IMG/VR virus record: IMGVR_UViG_3300032046_000001
Location: 62,001-126,000 of that record
Reading direction: 5' to 3' (one strand)
DNA length: 64,000 nt
The position numbers and the translations under genes are program-made. Below the pieces are notes generated by a model. The model searched no databases, was not told the DNA's origin, and saw only the letters and a list, made by a program, of their open reading frames with translations. The stretch's first letter is position 1. Each line of letters begins with the position of its first letter. Positions 9,280 through 19,262 of the stretch are shown one piece after another.

Positions 9280-9582
9280 ATGCCACTTCCAGTTTGTAGA
9301 TTAAATGATATAGCTATAGGATCTTGTCCATGTCATTTAGGAATCCCAGTTGTTGTGACAATTATTATGGCATCACCAACATGCCTATCAAATGGTTTGG
9401 GCGTTGCTAAGATGAATGATATTGGAATGTCATCATGTGGTCATGTTGCAACCATAATGATGGGTAATCCAACAGTATTAACGAATGGTCTACCTACAGC
9501 CCGCGTAACCGATATGATGCTTGGTCCTGCCGGATGTCCAACGGCTACACTGGTAATCGGATCTCCCAATGTTATCGCTTAA
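9280..9582 (+). CDS. PAAR-repeat spike-tip protein (T4 gp5.4-like)
   Basis: Three repeats PVCRLND / GVAKMND / PTARVTD with Cys/His ligands and GSPNV. Confidence 0.85.
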   Translation: MPLPVCRLNDIAIGSCPCHLGIPVVVTIIMASPTCLSNGLGVAKMNDIGMSSCGHVATIMMGNPTVLTNGLPTARVTDMMLGPAGCPTATLVIGSPNVIA

Positions 9583-9957
9583 CAACCATTCACTAGCAAA
9601 ACATTCACCATTTAGTTCTTCAATAAGTTTGTTATCAACGAATATTTTTAAAGATGTTTTAAAATCAAATAAACCTTCAACTGAAATTCTAAACGGCGCA
9701 TCAACATTAGACTCGACTGTGTAGCTGTATTGAGTTTGATCAATAATACGAACAAAGTTTTTAATACCAGTATATCGTCCGATCCAATTAATGTTTGCCC
9801 ATTCAAATCGCCCACTCAATCCATCTTTTGAATATAATATATATTGGATTGTATGGGTTGGTTTTTTCACAGGTGGTTCATACAACACAGCGACAATAAT
9901 GAAAATAGCAGCACAGAAACCAGCAATAATGACAATAATTACTTCTTTGGCTGACAT
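9490..9957 (-). CDS. Membrane-anchored hypothetical protein
   Basis: N-terminal TM; 3' end overlaps the PAAR gene antisense. Confidence 0.55.
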   Translation of the reverse strand: MSAKEVIIVIIAGFCAAIFIIVAVLYEPPVKKPTHTIQYILYSKDGLSGRFEWANINWIGRYTGIKNFVRIIDQTQYSYTVESNVDAPFRISVEGLFDFKTSLKIFVDNKLIEELNGECFASEWLLSDNIGRSDYQCSRWTSGRTKHHIGYAGCR

Positions 9958-10322
9958 AGTTTTAACCTCATATAATTATAATAATCAATTGGTCCCATTA
10001 CAATACCAACAACTCCGCGATAACAAGGATACAGAAACATATAAATAACATTACAGTGAGGTGGAAGTTCATCAAGAGCATCACAGAAATATCTCGGAAC
10101 TCCATACAAAATACCAGGAATAACAGAAATAAACATGATGAAAACATCTCGAAGAAACCATTTGGTGAAATAATAGAATACTATAGATAAACCAATCACA
10201 GTACCAATTGCTATCGGTACTGATACTGAAATCGACAATATCGCCAAACCAAGGAAAATTAACGGAATACCAAGCATCATAAAGAATACAGTAGCGATTA
10301 TATCAGAAATTTTTATAAACAT
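9939..10322 (-). CDS. Membrane protein
   Basis: Several hydrophobic helices; SD AAGGA. Confidence 0.55.
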   Translation of the reverse strand: MFIKISDIIATVFFMMLGIPLIFLGLAILSISVSVPIAIGTVIGLSIVFYYFTKWFLRDVFIMFISVIPGILYGVPRYFCDALDELPPHCNVIYMFLYPCYRGVVGIVMGPIDYYNYMRLKLCQPKK

Positions 10323-10461
10323 GGCTTATCCTTTCATAAATATTTTTGAAAATTTTAATCATGAAATTTATAATCGTACAAATAATTCCAATTATTACAC
10401 CAACTACAGTAACAAGTAATATTGTAAATATAAATATTAACATTATAGTACCGATCATTTA

Positions 10462-10884
10462 CTATCTCCCGACTTTGAAGTTCTTTCTCAGATACTCCAA
10501 AGACTCTTGACGGTATTTATCATCAAGCGACTGAGTATGTCCAAGTGTCTTCTGGGTTGTTTCTCTTGCCCTCCTTTTACAATCATCTTTAAACTTTTGA
10601 ACAAACATTCCTGTCTTTGGATCAACTATACCAACCGCGATTAATCTTTCATGATTACGTTGCCGACCTATATCATAATACCATTGTGAGTTACACACAG
10701 GACACTTAAAGAAAGCCATAATTTGATCTTTTCCATATCCCCATTTTTGTATTCCCGTGACAACTACATGTCGATTGTTTTTCTTACAGTGCCTACACAC
10801 ACATGTTTCCTCATCACGTCTTGGATCAATTATAACACCCGTATCAAGATCGGTTAAATATCCATTTTTCATTACAGCGTTCAT
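10462..10884 (-). CDS. Zn-ribbon protein
   Basis: CRHC...CPVC; SD GGAGG before ATG at 10884. Confidence 0.6.
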   Translation of the reverse strand: MNAVMKNGYLTDLDTGVIIDPRRDEETCVCRHCKKNNRHVVVTGIQKWGYGKDQIMAFFKCPVCNSQWYYDIGRQRNHERLIAVGIVDPKTGMFVQKFKDDCKRRARETTQKTLGHTQSLDDKYRQESLEYLRKNFKVGR

Positions 10885-10888
10885 GATG

Positions 10889-11092
10889 TCACCCTCCAAA
10901 TAGATGTATACCATAATACACAATAAATACAGCAATACCGAAAAGAATGATATATTTACCAATAGTAAATATGCCATCAAGAATGATAAATCCACCACCA
11001 ACAAAAATGGACACTATTATTGATAATGTCCATGAAATCGCAAAGTAAAACTTCATGAATATGGTGAATCCACACAGAAGTATGAATAACAT
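10889..11092 (-). CDS. Small membrane protein
   Basis: Hydrophobic ORF with SD AAGGAG. Confidence 0.5.
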   Translation of the reverse strand: MLFILLCGFTIFMKFYFAISWTLSIIVSIFVGGGFIILDGIFTIGKYIILFGIAVFIVYYGIHLFGG

Positions 11093-11094
11093 GA

Positions 11095-11508
11095 TTATTC
11101 TCCTTCTTGTGGATAACGACCAAATCCAATTACTTGTGATGTTATAGTTGTGATACCAAGTTCTGGAATATCCTCATCAAAATAAATACATCCGTCATCT
11201 TCAGCCAATTCATTAAATTCATTAACCTTTTCGGTAATATAATTGGCCAAGCTAGATCCAGTAATAGGAAGTGGTGCATACACAGCATAAGCTATACGAA
11301 TCTCGATAATTAGAATTTCGAGTTGTTTTTGCTTCTCAATATCGGTTTTTATTTCCTCTCGAAGTTTCTGATCAACTATTTCTGACTGTAATTTAAATGC
11401 CATCTCCTGTTCAGGTTCTGCATACACCGAATATTGATTTGCGTCAGGAATTGCTACCGCACAAAGAATACTGAAAACAACAATGATAATATTTTCGATG
11501 ATATTCAT
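11095..11508 (-). CDS. Secreted or membrane-anchored hypothetical protein
   Basis: Signal-like N-terminus from ATG at 11508; SD AAGGA. Confidence 0.55.
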   Translation of the reverse strand: MNIIENIIIVVFSILCAVAIPDANQYSVYAEPEQEMAFKLQSEIVDQKLREEIKTDIEKQKQLEILIIEIRIAYAVYAPLPITGSSLANYITEKVNEFNELAEDDGCIYFDEDIPELGITTITSQVIGFGRYPQEGE

Positions 11509-11510
11509 GA

Positions 11511-11771
11511 TTATTTTCCTTTTTTGGGAGAAAGAGATTGAAGAGCTACAAGAAGAAGAAAAGGAAGACCCCATATACCTATCAATAATAAACAGAACAT
11601 TTTGAATTGAACAATATGTGGATAGTATTCAGCAATATCAGTCGTCACAAAATAGAACATCATCAATAAACAATACATAGAGACTGCAAAGGTAGCAACA
11701 AAAGCAATGAATTTATACAGAATCGTTAGATTTTTCATCATCGTCATTTTCCTTATTGTGATATAATACAT
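11511..11771 (-). CDS. Small membrane protein
   Basis: Two TM segments; exact start uncertain. Confidence 0.5.
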   Translation of the reverse strand: MYYITIRKMTMMKNLTILYKFIAFVATFAVSMYCLLMMFYFVTTDIAEYYPHIVQFKMFCLLLIGIWGLPFLLLVALQSLSPKKGK

Positions 11772-12024
11772 ACATGATAACTGCTAAAACAACAATAAAA
11801 CTACTAAGTTGACAAAGAACTGAAATAAATATCCAATTATCACAACTCTGATCGAGATCCTCAATTTGATTCATAGTCATTTCTGGTGATGTGTCGTAAC
11901 GATAATGACAGAAAATTTTACTTTCTCGATTACTAATTTTTATAACTGATACTGTGGTGATACCCGATAATAGAATAAATATTATACACACGATAATAAT
12001 ATTTTCTTTGATTTCATCGTTCAT
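11713..12024 (-). CDS. Small membrane protein (2 TM)
   Basis: SD AGGAG; two hydrophobic helices. Confidence 0.55.
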   Translation of the reverse strand: MNDEIKENIIIVCIIFILLSGITTVSVIKISNRESKIFCHYRYDTSPEMTMNQIEDLDQSCDNWIFISVLCQLSSFIVVLAVIMYVLYHNKENDDDEKSNDSV

Positions 12025-12036
12025 TTTTAATGACTC

Positions 12037-12219
12037 CTATATATGAATTTTTTCTGGTAGTATACGTCTCACTGGTTGTAATTCATTAAGAAGTTTCTGG
12101 AATTCAATGCGTTGAATAAGACGATCGGTTTTCCTGTCCATATGATTTTTGACAACCAAGAATAATATACATGAAATCAAAAGAATAATGATTATATTTT
12201 TTATCATAACAATCTCCAT
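12037..12219 (-). CDS. Small membrane-anchored protein
   Basis: N-terminal TM. Confidence 0.5.
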   Translation of the reverse strand: MEIVMIKNIIIILLISCILFLVVKNHMDRKTDRLIQRIEFQKLLNELQPVRRILPEKIHI

Positions 12220-12294
12220 AAAAACAAAATTTAAAATTATATTAAACGAGTGTTGAAAATAGAACTAAATTCTATCATCAACACTCGTTTAGTA

Positions 12295-12528
12295 TTATTG
12301 ATAAATACTATCCCAAAATCTGGTTTTGATATCATGAAGATCTTCCCTCAAATTCAGAATTATCTCTTCGCGTTTTTTGATCTCTTTTTCAAGAGTCTGA
12401 CAATACTCGCTATTGTAAATAAGATAATTAAAAAACTTCCTACATCGTTCCCAACAAAATCTAAATCCCCAAAGTGACATGATGATAAAAATTATTATAG
12501 CTCCTAAAGCTATCCAGATATTTTCCAT
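12295..12528 (-). CDS. Membrane-anchored coiled-coil protein
   Basis: SD AGGAG before ATG at 12528; N-terminal TM. Confidence 0.55.
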   Translation of the reverse strand: MENIWIALGAIIIFIIMSLWGFRFCWERCRKFFNYLIYNSEYCQTLEKEIKKREEIILNLREDLHDIKTRFWDSIYQ

Positions 12529-12586
12529 AATTTTATCTCCTGTGAATAGATAGAAATTAGACAAAGAAACCTATTTAAATATCATA

Positions 12587-12600
12587 TATTAATATATATA
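12587..12600 (-). promoter_or_regulatory. Putative promoter motif TATATATATTAATA (copy 2)
   Basis: Exact 14-mer heading the 8362-12528 minus-strand island. Confidence 0.6.
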
Positions 12601-12638
12601 ATTCGGAAACATTATAACCATTATTTGGGAACAAAATT

Positions 12639-12734
12639 AAGAGAGATAGAGACTTAAGCTCGAAAAGGATAACCAGTAATCCCTGCTCTCTATAATTTTA
12701 TTTACTGGTAAATTCAAAACTGGAGAATTTTAAA
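12639..12734 (+). ncRNA. Structured leader RNA, copy 2, upstream of a GIY-YIG-like gene
   Basis: Same core GAGAGATAGAG-N7-CTCGAAAAG; P3 GGAT/ATCC; loop ACCAGTA complementary to TACTGGT (12703) and ACTGGAG (12719). Confidence 0.75.
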
Positions 12735-13433
12735 ATGAATAGATATTATATTTATATTTATCTTGATCCAAGAAAACATGGAAAATATTGTTATAAAAAT
12801 ATGTGTTTTACTTTTGAACCTTTTTATGTTGGTAAAGGAAGTAATGGAAGATATAAAAATATTAGTAGAAGAAGTGATTATTTTATAAGAAAAATAAATA
12901 AAATTAAAAAATCTGGATTAGAACCAATTGTTATAAAATTATTTGAAAATTTATTTGAAAAACAATCATTAGATAAAGAAATTGAATTAATAGAAGAAAT
13001 TAGAAAAATAAATCCAGGATTTCTTGTTAATGAGACAGATGGTGGCGATGGTACAAGCGGATATATTCATACTGAAGAATCGAAAAATAAAATGAGTGAA
13101 AATCATAAGGGAAAAATAGTTTCTGAAGAAACAAGAAAGAAAATGAGTGAAAACAACAAAGGAGAAAATCATCCAAATTTTGGAAAACATCCATCAGAAG
13201 AAACAAGAAAGAAAATGAGCGAATCACAAAATGGTAAAAAACTTTCTGAAGAAACAAGGATGAAAATGAGTGAAAATCATTATAATAAAATACCGGATCA
13301 AAAAATTATCGATATTCAATCAGATATAGAAAAAGGAGATTTTACTCAAACTGAAATATCTAAAAAACATGGAGTTTGTAGAATGACGATTTGGAAAATA
13401 AAAACTGAAAAAATTATAGTGGTGAATAAATGA
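12735..13433 (+). CDS. GIY-YIG-like homing endonuclease with tandem NUMOD3 repeats and HTH
   Basis: YIYIYLDPRK, FYVGKG, NETDGGDG; four (S/T)EE(T/S)xxKMSE repeats. Confidence 0.8.
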   Translation: MNRYYIYIYLDPRKHGKYCYKNMCFTFEPFYVGKGSNGRYKNISRRSDYFIRKINKIKKSGLEPIVIKLFENLFEKQSLDKEIELIEEIRKINPGFLVNETDGGDGTSGYIHTEESKNKMSENHKGKIVSEETRKKMSENNKGENHPNFGKHPSEETRKKMSESQNGKKLSEETRMKMSENHYNKIPDQKIIDIQSDIEKGDFTQTEISKKHGVCRMTIWKIKTEKIIVVNK

Positions 13434-14272
13434 AGGAATTATTACTGGCAGGACCATTTATTGGATCATTAAAATACGAGTACTGTTATTTTGTGCCTTA
13501 TATACTTTTTTTGAAAAAAAATCGACCAGATTTAGAATTGGCGGTATTTACTCGTCCAGAAAGATTTGATCTTTATGGACAGTATGCCAACTATCTAGTA
13601 CCACTAAGATTAGAAAATGACATAGAAAAAGATCAAATTTTTTATAAAAGTAAAAATTTTGATAATATTGATTATGAATTACTAGTAAAAAAAATATATT
13701 ATATGTATTCCCAAAGATTTGATAAAATAGCTCATATTTATCCAAATATAAAAGATTTTTATTATCAAGTGAAGTGCCAGTTTCCAAGAAATAGAATGCT
13801 ATATGATTTTCAACCAAGAGAAGAAAATAGGTTAGAAATAAATAATTTATTAAAAAATAAATCTCCGATCCTAATAATCCTTTCTAAAAATAGTTCAGAA
13901 TTATTTTTTAAGTTAGATGAAGTAATCAAAAAAAATAATGAACTAAAAAATAATTATTTATTTATAACTGATAGTGATCAGACTGAAAATTTTTATAATA
14001 TAAATAATTTAAATATAATTCAAAATTCGACATCGATTGGATATATAACCGAAATAATAAAGAAATCACAATTGGTAGTTTCTAAAAAAAATGATATTAC
14101 AAATTTAGCAATCTTAATGGGAATTCCGACAGTTATAATCGGAAAAAAATCAAGAATTTTTAATCCGTCTAATACAGAAGTCACTTTTTGTAGTGAAGAT
14201 AATATTATAAATTTACTTTCAACAGAACTATCTTTAACAAAGAAGAGAAATAATAATTTTGATTGTATATAG
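13430..14272 (+). CDS. GT-B-like glycosyltransferase, paralog of 2872-3744
   Basis: Shared GPFIG, TRP(D/E)RFDLYG, S(T/S)IG and MGIP blocks. Confidence 0.55.
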   Translation: MKELLLAGPFIGSLKYEYCYFVPYILFLKKNRPDLELAVFTRPERFDLYGQYANYLVPLRLENDIEKDQIFYKSKNFDNIDYELLVKKIYYMYSQRFDKIAHIYPNIKDFYYQVKCQFPRNRMLYDFQPREENRLEINNLLKNKSPILIILSKNSSELFFKLDEVIKKNNELKNNYLFITDSDQTENFYNINNLNIIQNSTSIGYITEIIKKSQLVVSKKNDITNLAILMGIPTVIIGKKSRIFNPSNTEVTFCSEDNIINLLSTELSLTKKRNNNFDCI

Positions 14273-14280
14273 GTGAATAT

Positions 14281-15276
14281 ATGAAAATATTGTTTGATTT
14301 AAGAAATACTGGTTTAGGAAATGGTGGTGGATCAATGACATTGATCAAATCAGCAAATACATTATCTGACTTGGGATATCGTGTTATTATGATTGATTCT
14401 GGAAAAAATCAACACACATGGACTCAATTAAAAGTAGATCATAGAATTGTTAAAAATAAATGTGATATTCCAAATGCAGATATTATTATATCGACTGGAT
14501 TTAAATCAGTATTATCAACATTAGAATTATATGATAGATGTGGTAAAAAATTAATCTGGATGAGAGGTTGGGAATTATGGGTATTTAATGAAAATAAGAT
14601 TGTTGAATCAATAATAAAACAACCTATTACAAAAGTTGTAAATTCAATTGGACTCCAAAATAAATTAAAAGAATATGATGTTTACTCTCAGATCATTCAT
14701 CCTGGAAATGACTTGGATGACTTTACTGTGTTGAATATTAGAAGAAATGATAAAATTGTAATTGGTGGTTTATATCATGACAAACATCGAAAAACTAAAA
14801 GGGTAGATTTGATTCTTGAAACTTATAGAAAATTAAAAGAAAAATATAGTAATTTAGAATTATGGATGATGGGTAGTTGTAGTCCATCATTATATGATTC
14901 TAAATTAATTACACAGTATTTTAAACAACCAACGATTGAAGAAAAAAATGAATTTTATAATAATATTCATATTTGGTTGGCGACATCGGAACTAGAAGGT
15001 CTCCATATTCCTCCTCAAGAGTCTTTAATGACTGAATGTGTTGTTGTTGGCACAAAAGCACCACTATCTGGAACTCAAGATTATTTGATAAATAAAGAGA
15101 CTGGGATGGTTTCGGAAAATAATTTAAAAGATTTTATAAAATGTGTGGAAAAATTGATAACTGATAAAAAATTAAGAGAAACTTTAGGAAAAGCTGGTAG
15201 AGAAAAGATTATTTCGTTGGGAGATAGAAAACAAAATATGAAAAAATTTATCGAATTAATGGAAAAACTGAAATGA
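14281..15276 (+). CDS. GT4-family glycosyltransferase
   Basis: GGGS N-terminal loop; SELEGLHIPPQE (Ex7E) motif. Confidence 0.8.
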   Translation: MKILFDLRNTGLGNGGGSMTLIKSANTLSDLGYRVIMIDSGKNQHTWTQLKVDHRIVKNKCDIPNADIIISTGFKSVLSTLELYDRCGKKLIWMRGWELWVFNENKIVESIIKQPITKVVNSIGLQNKLKEYDVYSQIIHPGNDLDDFTVLNIRRNDKIVIGGLYHDKHRKTKRVDLILETYRKLKEKYSNLELWMMGSCSPSLYDSKLITQYFKQPTIEEKNEFYNNIHIWLATSELEGLHIPPQESLMTECVVVGTKAPLSGTQDYLINKETGMVSENNLKDFIKCVEKLITDKKLRETLGKAGREKIISLGDRKQNMKKFIELMEKLK

Positions 15277-16106
15277 ATTCTGACAAAATAAGAATACATA
15301 CTGTTAAAGAAATTCTAACCGAACTTAAAGACTGTATTGATCATAAAAAACCATTCAGTCTTATACGTTTTGGAGATGGTGGAATTAAAGTTTTAGAATC
15401 AATACTTTATAATAATAACAAAGCAAGATTTTTAGAAATATTAGAAAAAGAAGGTATTCCATATAATAAAGTTTATCCAATTTTTTATTTATGGGGAAAA
15501 TTTGCCAGCGAAGCTAACTTTATAGACTCACCAGAAATATATTTTACTGACAAGTTTTGGTCTAGATTCACAGAACAAAAAAGAAATAGAGTTTTACCAG
15601 TTATTAAAAATTGGAGAAAAATTTATTATAATGCCGAATTTAATAATGAAAGATATTGTAATCCAGAAGTAAATTTTCTCATGTTGATACAACGCCAAGA
15701 CTGTCCAAATTTAATAAACATTATTAAAAATAAAAAAATACGATCAATAACAGATCATAAAGAAGTAAATAATTATTTATCACAAGTTTGTAATTCGAGT
15801 ATTCTTGAAATATCAGGATGGTATCAAAATCAATTTATTAACAATTATAGAAATATCACAAAAGAAATTAAAAAAGATGCTAAAAAGTATGATTTATGGT
15901 TAGTTGGTGCTGGCGAATTAGGTAGAGTTTATACAGGTTTAATAAAAAAACATGGTGGACGAGCAATAGATATTGGATCGGTATTTGATACTTGGATTAC
16001 TAATAAAATTCCAGTACGTTTACAAGGATATATTTCAAGATTGTCACCAACAAGTTTAAAATTTCAATTTACGAATATAAGTAAACAATATGTGAAATAT
16101 ATATGA
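15273..16106 (+). CDS. GT-D-fold (DUF1792-like) glycosyltransferase
   Basis: FSLIRFGDG and AIDIGS motifs. Confidence 0.65.
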   Translation: MNSDKIRIHTVKEILTELKDCIDHKKPFSLIRFGDGGIKVLESILYNNNKARFLEILEKEGIPYNKVYPIFYLWGKFASEANFIDSPEIYFTDKFWSRFTEQKRNRVLPVIKNWRKIYYNAEFNNERYCNPEVNFLMLIQRQDCPNLINIIKNKKIRSITDHKEVNNYLSQVCNSSILEISGWYQNQFINNYRNITKEIKKDAKKYDLWLVGAGELGRVYTGLIKKHGGRAIDIGSVFDTWITNKIPVRLQGYISRLSPTSLKFQFTNISKQYVKYI

Positions 16107-16112
16107 AAGGAG

Positions 16113-16811
16113 ATGAGCATGAATAATGAATTAATCGATATAACCACGACGGCAACTCTACGACCTAAAATATTAGATTATACACTAAATTCATTTTGTA
16201 AAAATATGTTGATTGATAGAGACAGATATCGTTTAATTATTAATATAGATCCTATTGGTGATAAAGTACTTCCAAAAGAAGTTTTAAAAGTTGCTAAAAA
16301 ATATTTTGATAATATATTATATAATTATGCTGATACTCCAGGATTTGCAAAAGCTGTTATTTGGTGTTGGTCACAAGTTCAAGCTGATTATGTCGTACAT
16401 CTTGAAGATGATTGGGAACTACTAATACCAATTAATATAGACAACATGATATCTATATTAGATAGTTATCCAACTATGGCTAGTTTAAGACTCAATAAAT
16501 TTAAAACCAGAAAAAATAAATGTAGTATTAAACGTGGATATTATCCGTTTCCACAATTATCGTTGAATCCAACATTATTTAGTGGAAAATTTATTAAAGG
16601 CGTATTTCCACTGATGAGAACTTCTAGTAATCCAGAAAAACAACTAAGACCAGTTGACAATAGTGAACTGAGTATATATCTCAGAAAGTGGAACCATGCT
16701 ATTTACACTAAAAGTTCTCATGGAAAAATAATAAAAGATATCGGAAGGATATGGATGAATAGTACACCATTTAAAAAGAAAACTGGATTTTTAAATTGGG
16801 AGAAAAAATAA
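16113..16811 (+). CDS. GT2-like glycosyltransferase
   Basis: INIDP, HLEDDW and SLNP; paralog of 30568. Confidence 0.7.
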   Translation: MSMNNELIDITTTATLRPKILDYTLNSFCKNMLIDRDRYRLIINIDPIGDKVLPKEVLKVAKKYFDNILYNYADTPGFAKAVIWCWSQVQADYVVHLEDDWELLIPINIDNMISILDSYPTMASLRLNKFKTRKNKCSIKRGYYPFPQLSLNPTLFSGKFIKGVFPLMRTSSNPEKQLRPVDNSELSIYLRKWNHAIYTKSSHGKIIKDIGRIWMNSTPFKKKTGFLNWEKK

Positions 16812-17735
16812 TTGAAAATATTATTACTCAGTAGAAATCAATTATATAAAAGAAATTGGGGAAGAGAACTATTTAAACGAGATGTGTCTAAATATCATGA
16901 TGTCAGATATTATGGAAGATCTTATCCAAATTCTCCATCTAAAAATATACAACAAATTTTAAATGAAGTTTCAAAACCAGATATTATTTTTACGCATGTA
17001 ATGTTTTATGCATCTTATTTTAATGGATATGAATCAACAAATATTCCTAAAGTTCATTTGGAAGTAGACTATGTCTTACCAAAAGATACGTATCCAGGAA
17101 CCATCTATGCCCAAAATCCATTTTATAAAAAAAGTAAATATAATTTAATATTTGGCGTCACAAAAAGAATGGTTATGGATATGAAAAATCAAAATATCGC
17201 ACCAAAAATTTTTTGGTTGCCATTTTCAGTTTCTACCGATAAATACAAAAATTTAAATTTAGAAAAAACAATTGATGTTATGTCTGTTTTTTTAGTAAAA
17301 GATTATCTATATCCAAACAGAAGATATTTACAAGAAGTAGTTCATTCACTAAAAAATAATTTAAAAATAAATGTTTTTACAAATTATGTTGTTCATGAAG
17401 AATATATTAAAAAAATAAATCAGTCAAAAATATTTATAACAAGTAATAACCTTTATAATTCATTAAATATGAAATATACAGAAGTACTAGCGTGTGGAAC
17501 ATTATTATTCGCAAATGAACCAGAAGACTTAACAGATATTAAACTTAAAGATGGAGAACATTTAATTATTTATAAAAATTGGAAAGATTTGAAATCTAAG
17601 GTTCGATATTATTTATCTCATGATAAAGAACGTGAAGAAATCGCGCAAAATGGAATGAATTTTGTGAGAGAACATCATAGTAATGAAATCAGAATAAAAG
17701 AAATGACAGAAATAATTCAAAAAGAGGTTTTATGA
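16812..17735 (+). CDS. CgeB-like GT-B glycosyltransferase (Glyco_trans_1_2)
   Basis: KYTEVLACG...DGEH...YYLSHDKEREEIAQNG; TTG start. Confidence 0.75.
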   Translation: MKILLLSRNQLYKRNWGRELFKRDVSKYHDVRYYGRSYPNSPSKNIQQILNEVSKPDIIFTHVMFYASYFNGYESTNIPKVHLEVDYVLPKDTYPGTIYAQNPFYKKSKYNLIFGVTKRMVMDMKNQNIAPKIFWLPFSVSTDKYKNLNLEKTIDVMSVFLVKDYLYPNRRYLQEVVHSLKNNLKINVFTNYVVHEEYIKKINQSKIFITSNNLYNSLNMKYTEVLACGTLLFANEPEDLTDIKLKDGEHLIIYKNWKDLKSKVRYYLSHDKEREEIAQNGMNFVREHHSNEIRIKEMTEIIQKEVL

Positions 17736-18328
17736 AAATATATGAAAATTTAGATATCAATGATTTAGAAAATGAGATTTGGAAGACTATAGATGGTTAT
17801 CCAGATTATTCGGTAAGTAATCTTGGTAGAGTTAAATCATTAAAATTTGGAAAAGAAAAAATACTAAAACAAATTAAAGATGGTGAATATTTTATAATTA
17901 ATTTATCAGTTAAAAATAAGAAATATAAAAGAACAATTCATCGTTTAGTTTTTGAAACTTTTAATGATTATAAATTAGAATCATATGAATGTGTACATCA
18001 CAAAAATGAAAGTAAGAAAAATAATTATTATAAAAATTTAGAAAAAATGACAATAAAAAATCATAATTCAATTAATAATCTAGGAAAAGTAGCATCGATA
18101 GAAACAAAAATTAAAATGAGTAAAAATCAACCTGTTAAAAAAGGAGAAAAAAATTCAAACCATAAATTAAAAAATGGAGAAGTTTGGTTAATTAAAAAAA
18201 TATTAAATTCGGATTATTATAAATCTGGAAAAATAAATCAAACTTTTATTGGAAAGATGTTTAAAGTTAATAGACAAACAATTTCAGATATAAAGTGTGG
18301 AAAAACTTGGTCTCATATAAAAATATAA
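17732..18328 (+). CDS. NUMOD4-HNH homing endonuclease
   Basis: NUMOD4, CVHHKN and HTH; sits between two paralogous GT genes. Confidence 0.85.
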   Translation: MKIYENLDINDLENEIWKTIDGYPDYSVSNLGRVKSLKFGKEKILKQIKDGEYFIINLSVKNKKYKRTIHRLVFETFNDYKLESYECVHHKNESKKNNYYKNLEKMTIKNHNSINNLGKVASIETKIKMSKNQPVKKGEKNSNHKLKNGEVWLIKKILNSDYYKSGKINQTFIGKMFKVNRQTISDIKCGKTWSHIKI

Positions 18329-18337
18329 AGGAAAAAC

Positions 18338-19261
18338 ATGCGAATACTTTTACTAAGTCCAAATCAAATTTCTCGATATAACAGAACGCACCAGATTTTT
18401 CGCAATGAGATTGGAAGACAAAATCAAGTAACATATTACGGTTCAGGATATCCAAATTATATTCCTAATAAACCAATTCCTCAAGTTGTTAAAGAACTTG
18501 GTGACTTTGATATCATTATGACTTACGGATTACGGTATACTGAACCCTTTATTGGAATTGGAGAAATAAAAGTACCTCGCGTCCACATTGCTGTAGACTA
18601 TTTCCCAGTAGGTGGTGGTAGTGGAACATATGAAAGAAATCACAGATTATTCAGAAGAGACAAATATAATTTATACTTCGGAGTTGTTGGAGATATCGTA
18701 AAAAATTTAGTAAAAAATGGAGTATGTAAAAAAGCATTCTTATTACCATTTTCAATAGATACAAATATTTATAATAATTTAAATTTGAAAAAAGATATAG
18801 ATGTATTTGCTGTATTTAGTACAGGAAATAATATATATCCAAATAGAGAAAGAATTCAAAGGTTTATAAAATCAATGAACGGAGTTTCAACTTTTACTAA
18901 AAAAGTAGTTCATAGAAGATATATAAATATGATAAATAGATCTAAACTTTGTATAACTAGTAATAATAAATTTAGATCATTGAGTATAAAATATTATGAA
19001 ATTATGGCGTGTGGAAGTTTATTATTAGCTGACGAACCGGAAGATTTGAATACATTGGGATTTGTTAATGGGGAACACTTGATATTATATACAAATAATT
19101 TAAAAGATCTAAAAAATAAAATTAAATATTGTTTATCTCATGATAAAGAACGAGAAGAAATAGCAAATAATGGAATGAAATTTATCAGAGAAAAACACAG
19201 CAATGAAATACGAGTAAAACAAATGACAGAAATCATACGAGAAGAATTAGGTATAAAATAA
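18338..19261 (+). CDS. CgeB-like GT-B glycosyltransferase, paralog of 16812
   Basis: KYYEIMACG, LSHDKEREEIA, HSNEIR. Confidence 0.75.
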   Translation: MRILLLSPNQISRYNRTHQIFRNEIGRQNQVTYYGSGYPNYIPNKPIPQVVKELGDFDIIMTYGLRYTEPFIGIGEIKVPRVHIAVDYFPVGGGSGTYERNHRLFRRDKYNLYFGVVGDIVKNLVKNGVCKKAFLLPFSIDTNIYNNLNLKKDIDVFAVFSTGNNIYPNRERIQRFIKSMNGVSTFTKKVVHRRYINMINRSKLCITSNNKFRSLSIKYYEIMACGSLLLADEPEDLNTLGFVNGEHLILYTNNLKDLKNKIKYCLSHDKEREEIANNGMKFIREKHSNEIRVKQMTEIIREELGIK

Positions 19262-19262
19262 A

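Noticed and set aside
13070-13280. Repeated GAAGAAACAAGAAAGAAAATGAG as a CRISPR array
   Set aside because: These are in-frame NUMOD3 peptide repeats inside a CDS, with irregular spacing and no cas genes.
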